20,000 bases of DNA from an uncultured virus (IMG/VR IMGVR_UViG_2875535316_000004). Lineage: Duplodnaviria; Heunggongvirae; Uroviricota; Caudoviricetes. Made by a program: the position numbers and the translations under genes. The stretch lies in IMG/VR virus record IMGVR_UViG_2875535316_000004, one strand, 5' to 3'. Under the pieces are notes generated by a model that saw only the letters and a list, made by a program, of their open reading frames with translations, was not told the DNA's origin and searched no databases. How positions within the stretch are numbered: the first letter of the stretch is position 1; every line of letters begins with the position of its first letter. Shown piece after piece: positions 17,431 through 20,000 of the stretch.

Positions 17431-18558
17431 TCAAACTCGATCAGTGGTTGGAGTCTCAATCTCCCAAGGTGGTATGAAAATCCCTCCGTCCTGGACATCG
17501 CTATTGCTTGTTAGGGCTTCAATTTCGTTTATCGGCAAGGTGTCAGCGTAACGCTCGAGGACAGGAACGCGTACCAGCAAAGTGCGAAGACGAGCCTTGA
17601 ATCTTAAGCCGTCCGGGTGACCACAAGCTATGAGTCTACCGACTTTGCCCATAAGCCTGCGAACCTCCCGCTCAAGGTCAATTGACAGCGGGCCAGGCTC
17701 AGCGGCTGCCTGAAGTTCAATCCGCCTCACCATGGCGCGTATCAGCCTGCGCTCGTCCTTAGGAATACCTGGACTAGCCCTATCAACAGTCAATCCTGTC
17801 ACTGTGACAGCTCCCGGCTCACTCACCTCTAGGAGAGAATGACCGCGCCGACGGATATGGAGCTTACTGCGCTTCTGCTGACAACCCTTCTGGCTCAGCA
17901 TCCATGTGACAGCGGAAATTATACGGCTCTTAGCTTCGGGGAGAATTTCTGACTTGCTCGAGACGGTGATGTCATCCGCAAACCGGGAGTACGCGAGCCC
18001 CTCTGACCCCAACTGCTTCACCAATGCTGGCTCTACATTCCAGAAGACTAGATTGGCAAGGTAGCTACTTGTACTGGCCCCTTGTGGTACTTGCCCAGCA
18101 CGAGTCGTCAGCGCTGCCAGCAGGGATGAGACCTCACTCGAGAACCCAAAAAAACCGGAAAAAATTTCTTTCACATGTGCCGTGGTAATCGAAGGGAAGA
18201 AGTTTTTGATGTCCTGTAGAATGATGGATTTCGAGCCGGCATGTGACCGGGCATTTGAGTATATGCTACGCGGTTGCGCAACGTCTCGAATGCCACCATG
18301 GAGGTAGACCGGGTATTTCACTTTGATCAAGATACGATCAACGATTTTGCGTTGGATCGCCTTCAATGGCTCGAATGCATCAAACGTATCCCTAGGTGAG
18401 CCATCTCTTTTTTTCTGAGGGACATATCGATAAAGGTTTGAGCTTCGTTTGGCGATTGCAACGAGCAGAGCCTCTGGCTCAGCAAGCGCAAGAGACAGTG
18501 CTTTCAGGCTATAGATAGGACGATGAGGATAAAGGGGAGCTTCCATGGCCAGCCTCAT
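17431..18558 (-). CDS. Retron-type reverse transcriptase (Ec48-like clade)
   Basis: KKRDGSPR, retron region X NARSH (NAxxH), DIKNFF, PQGASTS, catalytic FADD (17971-17982) and region Y VTGL. Confidence 0.9.
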   Translation of the reverse strand: MRLAMEAPLYPHRPIYSLKALSLALAEPEALLVAIAKRSSNLYRYVPQKKRDGSPRDTFDAFEPLKAIQRKIVDRILIKVKYPVYLHGGIRDVAQPRSIYSNARSHAGSKSIILQDIKNFFPSITTAHVKEIFSGFFGFSSEVSSLLAALTTRAGQVPQGASTSSYLANLVFWNVEPALVKQLGSEGLAYSRFADDITVSSKSEILPEAKSRIISAVTWMLSQKGCQQKRSKLHIRRRGHSLLEVSEPGAVTVTGLTVDRASPGIPKDERRLIRAMVRRIELQAAAEPGPLSIDLEREVRRLMGKVGRLIACGHPDGLRFKARLRTLLVRVPVLERYADTLPINEIEALTSNSDVQDGGIFIPPWEIETPTTDRV

Positions 18559-18627
18559 CAGTGAACGGCTGGCTCATCGTGTGAACCAGCCATCCCAAGA
18601 AATCGAATGGTGTAGTTTGTTGCGTCA

Positions 18628-18834
18628 TTAGATTTCCTCAAGGAGCGATACGACATGCTCCTTCAAAAATTCGTATCCTTGCGCGCCTTTTTCCCAGAGC
18701 CACACATAGTACGGTATACGCCTCAACATCTTGGTCAACCTTGCAACCAGAGACTTAAAACGCTCCCATTTACTAGGACGTGGTAGCTGAGATGAAGCGA
18801 CTTGGGTGACGCGAGCATCTTCATTGCTGTGCAT
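18628..18834 (-). CDS. Small amphipathic protein, candidate retron effector (68 aa; alternative GTG start at 18876 gives 82 aa)
   Basis: MHSNEDARVTQVASSQLPRPSKWERFKSLVARLTKMLRRIPYYVWLWEKGAQGYEFLKEHVVSLLEEI, located between the predicted ncRNA and the RT on the same strand. Confidence 0.6.
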   Translation of the reverse strand: MHSNEDARVTQVASSQLPRPSKWERFKSLVARLTKMLRRIPYYVWLWEKGAQGYEFLKEHVVSLLEEI

Positions 18835-18939
18835 TTTCTGGCGCGTTTTACGCGCCAGTGACTTTAAAGTTTTCACGATTGATGATTCCCATCGACTTGG
18901 CACATGCCCCGCCGCTAGACATTCCGGGCCGAAAGGAAC

Positions 18940-19068
18940 GCTGAAGATGCCACTACAAACTACAGTTCCGCTTATCAAGTCCCTTGATAAGCCGTCCGCC
19001 GCACAACTCCATCACTTCGCTTAGCCGTCTGGGTCGAAACACATGGGACACCGTTATGGCATCTCAGC
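18940..19068 (-). ncRNA. Predicted retron msr-msd RNA
   Basis: Flanking inverted repeats GCTGAGATGCCA (19068-19057) and TGGCATCTTCAGC (18952-18940), with 1 bulge. They enclose a perfect 10-bp hairpin at 18970-18992 (msd-like). Confidence 0.6.
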
Positions 19069-19263
19069 ACTACGAACCAAGGAGCTTAGGGGCAGTGACC
19101 GCGCGCCGAAGATAGCCGTGGTGAACACCAAGGCCGGTCAGTTTCCTGACCATCAACTGCAAGCCCGAATTTTTTCAATCGTGTTTAAAGAGCACCTGGG
19201 CGAGACGCCCAGCTGCCACTATCTATACCGAACAAGCGAAGCGGTATCAAGTACCTTTTGTTG

Positions 19264-19448
19264 CCTACTATTTCTCTCGCCACCGACTGAGCCGCCGCGA
19301 ACAGGTCACCCCTGATTTCGTTCGGTTGGCAGAGGTCGAACAGCAGAACCTCTGCCTTGCTGTAGTCGGAAGCCCTCCCGGTACACCCGTTCCACGCCCT
19401 CCTTCGCTGTCTTTGTCCGCAAACACGTATCGTCAGTTGGGTATGGCG
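19264..19448 (-). pseudogene. umuC: umuC/rulB (Y-family Pol V) C-terminal remnant
   Basis: PYPTDDTCLRTKTAKEGVERVYREGFR, then a frameshift into YSKAEVLLFDLCQPNEIRGDLFAAAQ. Confidence 0.75.
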
Positions 19449-19562
19449 CATTCATTTATGGCTGATTTGCCGGGGTGACTCGGCGAGCAAGCAGTCGCCC
19501 CTCCCATATCCTTTGGTTGGACATCGTGAGCTTGACCTGCACCGGAGCGGGGTGCGGGATGC

Positions 19563-19808
19563 TCAATGAGCCACGCTGCTGACCTGAAGCTCATACCTCG
19601 CTTGTGTCAACTCCGTCTCAGCCTTCTGCAGCTCAGCTTTGACGCCCGTCCACATCAACACCAATGTGGCAATCTTTTCGCGAGAGGCCGTCAATTCCTC
19701 GCCCATCACGGCCAACTCGTTCTCCAGCAACAGACACTGCTGCTCGAGCAGTTCCTCGCGCGAGAAAAAAGCAAAGCGATCATCAAGGGTCTGGTCTGGC
19801 TTGTTCAT
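19563..19808 (-). CDS. Small coiled-coil hypothetical protein
   Basis: MNKPDQ...REELLEQQCLLLENEL... heptad pattern. Start uncertain. Confidence 0.55.
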   Translation of the reverse strand: MNKPDQTLDDRFAFFSREELLEQQCLLLENELAVMGEELTASREKIATLVLMWTGVKAELQKAETELTQARYELQVSSVAH

Positions 19809-19862
19809 AACGCGCATCACCGCGAGTAGTACAAATGTTCTCCTCACGAGCTTAGCGAGATA

Positions 19863-19882
19863 TACTGGATGCATCAACAGTG
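19863..19882. promoter_or_regulatory. LexA (SOS) box
   Basis: TACTGGATGCATCAACAGTG = CTG-N10-CAG (19865-19880), close to the rulB remnant. Confidence 0.7.
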
Positions 19883-20000
19883 TTTCGACGGAACGGTAGC
19901 TCCTCATGACCGAAAGGCCAGGCCAGCCCACAGGCTTCGAGACTGCGCGGAAATCCCACGTGGACTTCACCGGAGACACGCTCAAGCGGAGGTATCGCAT

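Noticed and set aside
14301..18558. OLD nuclease as the retron effector (type I-B-like)
   Set aside because: It is on the opposite strand and separated by two genes and a terminator. The RT resembles the Ec48-like clade.
18877..18978. N-terminal extension of ORF 18628..18978 (116 aa)
   Set aside because: The TTG start lies inside the msd hairpin and the extension runs across a2, so it is more likely non-coding.
19809..20000. 5' extension of ORF 19563..20000
   Set aside because: It runs through the LexA box/promoter region, and its start at the window edge is arbitrary.

Overview
Mosaic accessory/defence-island region, probably from Pseudomonas (it has an MvaT-type H-NS gene). The left edge carries the 3' part of a large tyrosine recombinase followed by a small coiled-coil partner, resembling GmtZ/GmtX-type or Tn554-like modules. 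Cargo includes: a BrxR/CapW-type WYL regulator divergent from a cluster of a 48-aa peptide, a beta-flower-like protein, a DUF6338-like membrane protein and three tandem Pro-rich micropeptides missed by the ORF track; an inositol monophosphatase; an orphan Phd-like antitoxin; an XRE regulator; a CobB-like sirtuin; a stand-alone OLD nuclease; MvaT; and an Ec48-like retron RT. The RT is preceded by a predicted msr/msd ncRNA and a small amphipathic ORF that is base-paired into the ncRNA. Conserved structured ~78-bp repeats, duplicated gene remnants, a rulB/umuC remnant and a LexA box indicate repeated recombination. The best novelty candidates are the retron with its RNA-entangled small ORF and the WYL/DUF6338/micropeptide array. 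All family assignments come from motif recognition, not database searches.
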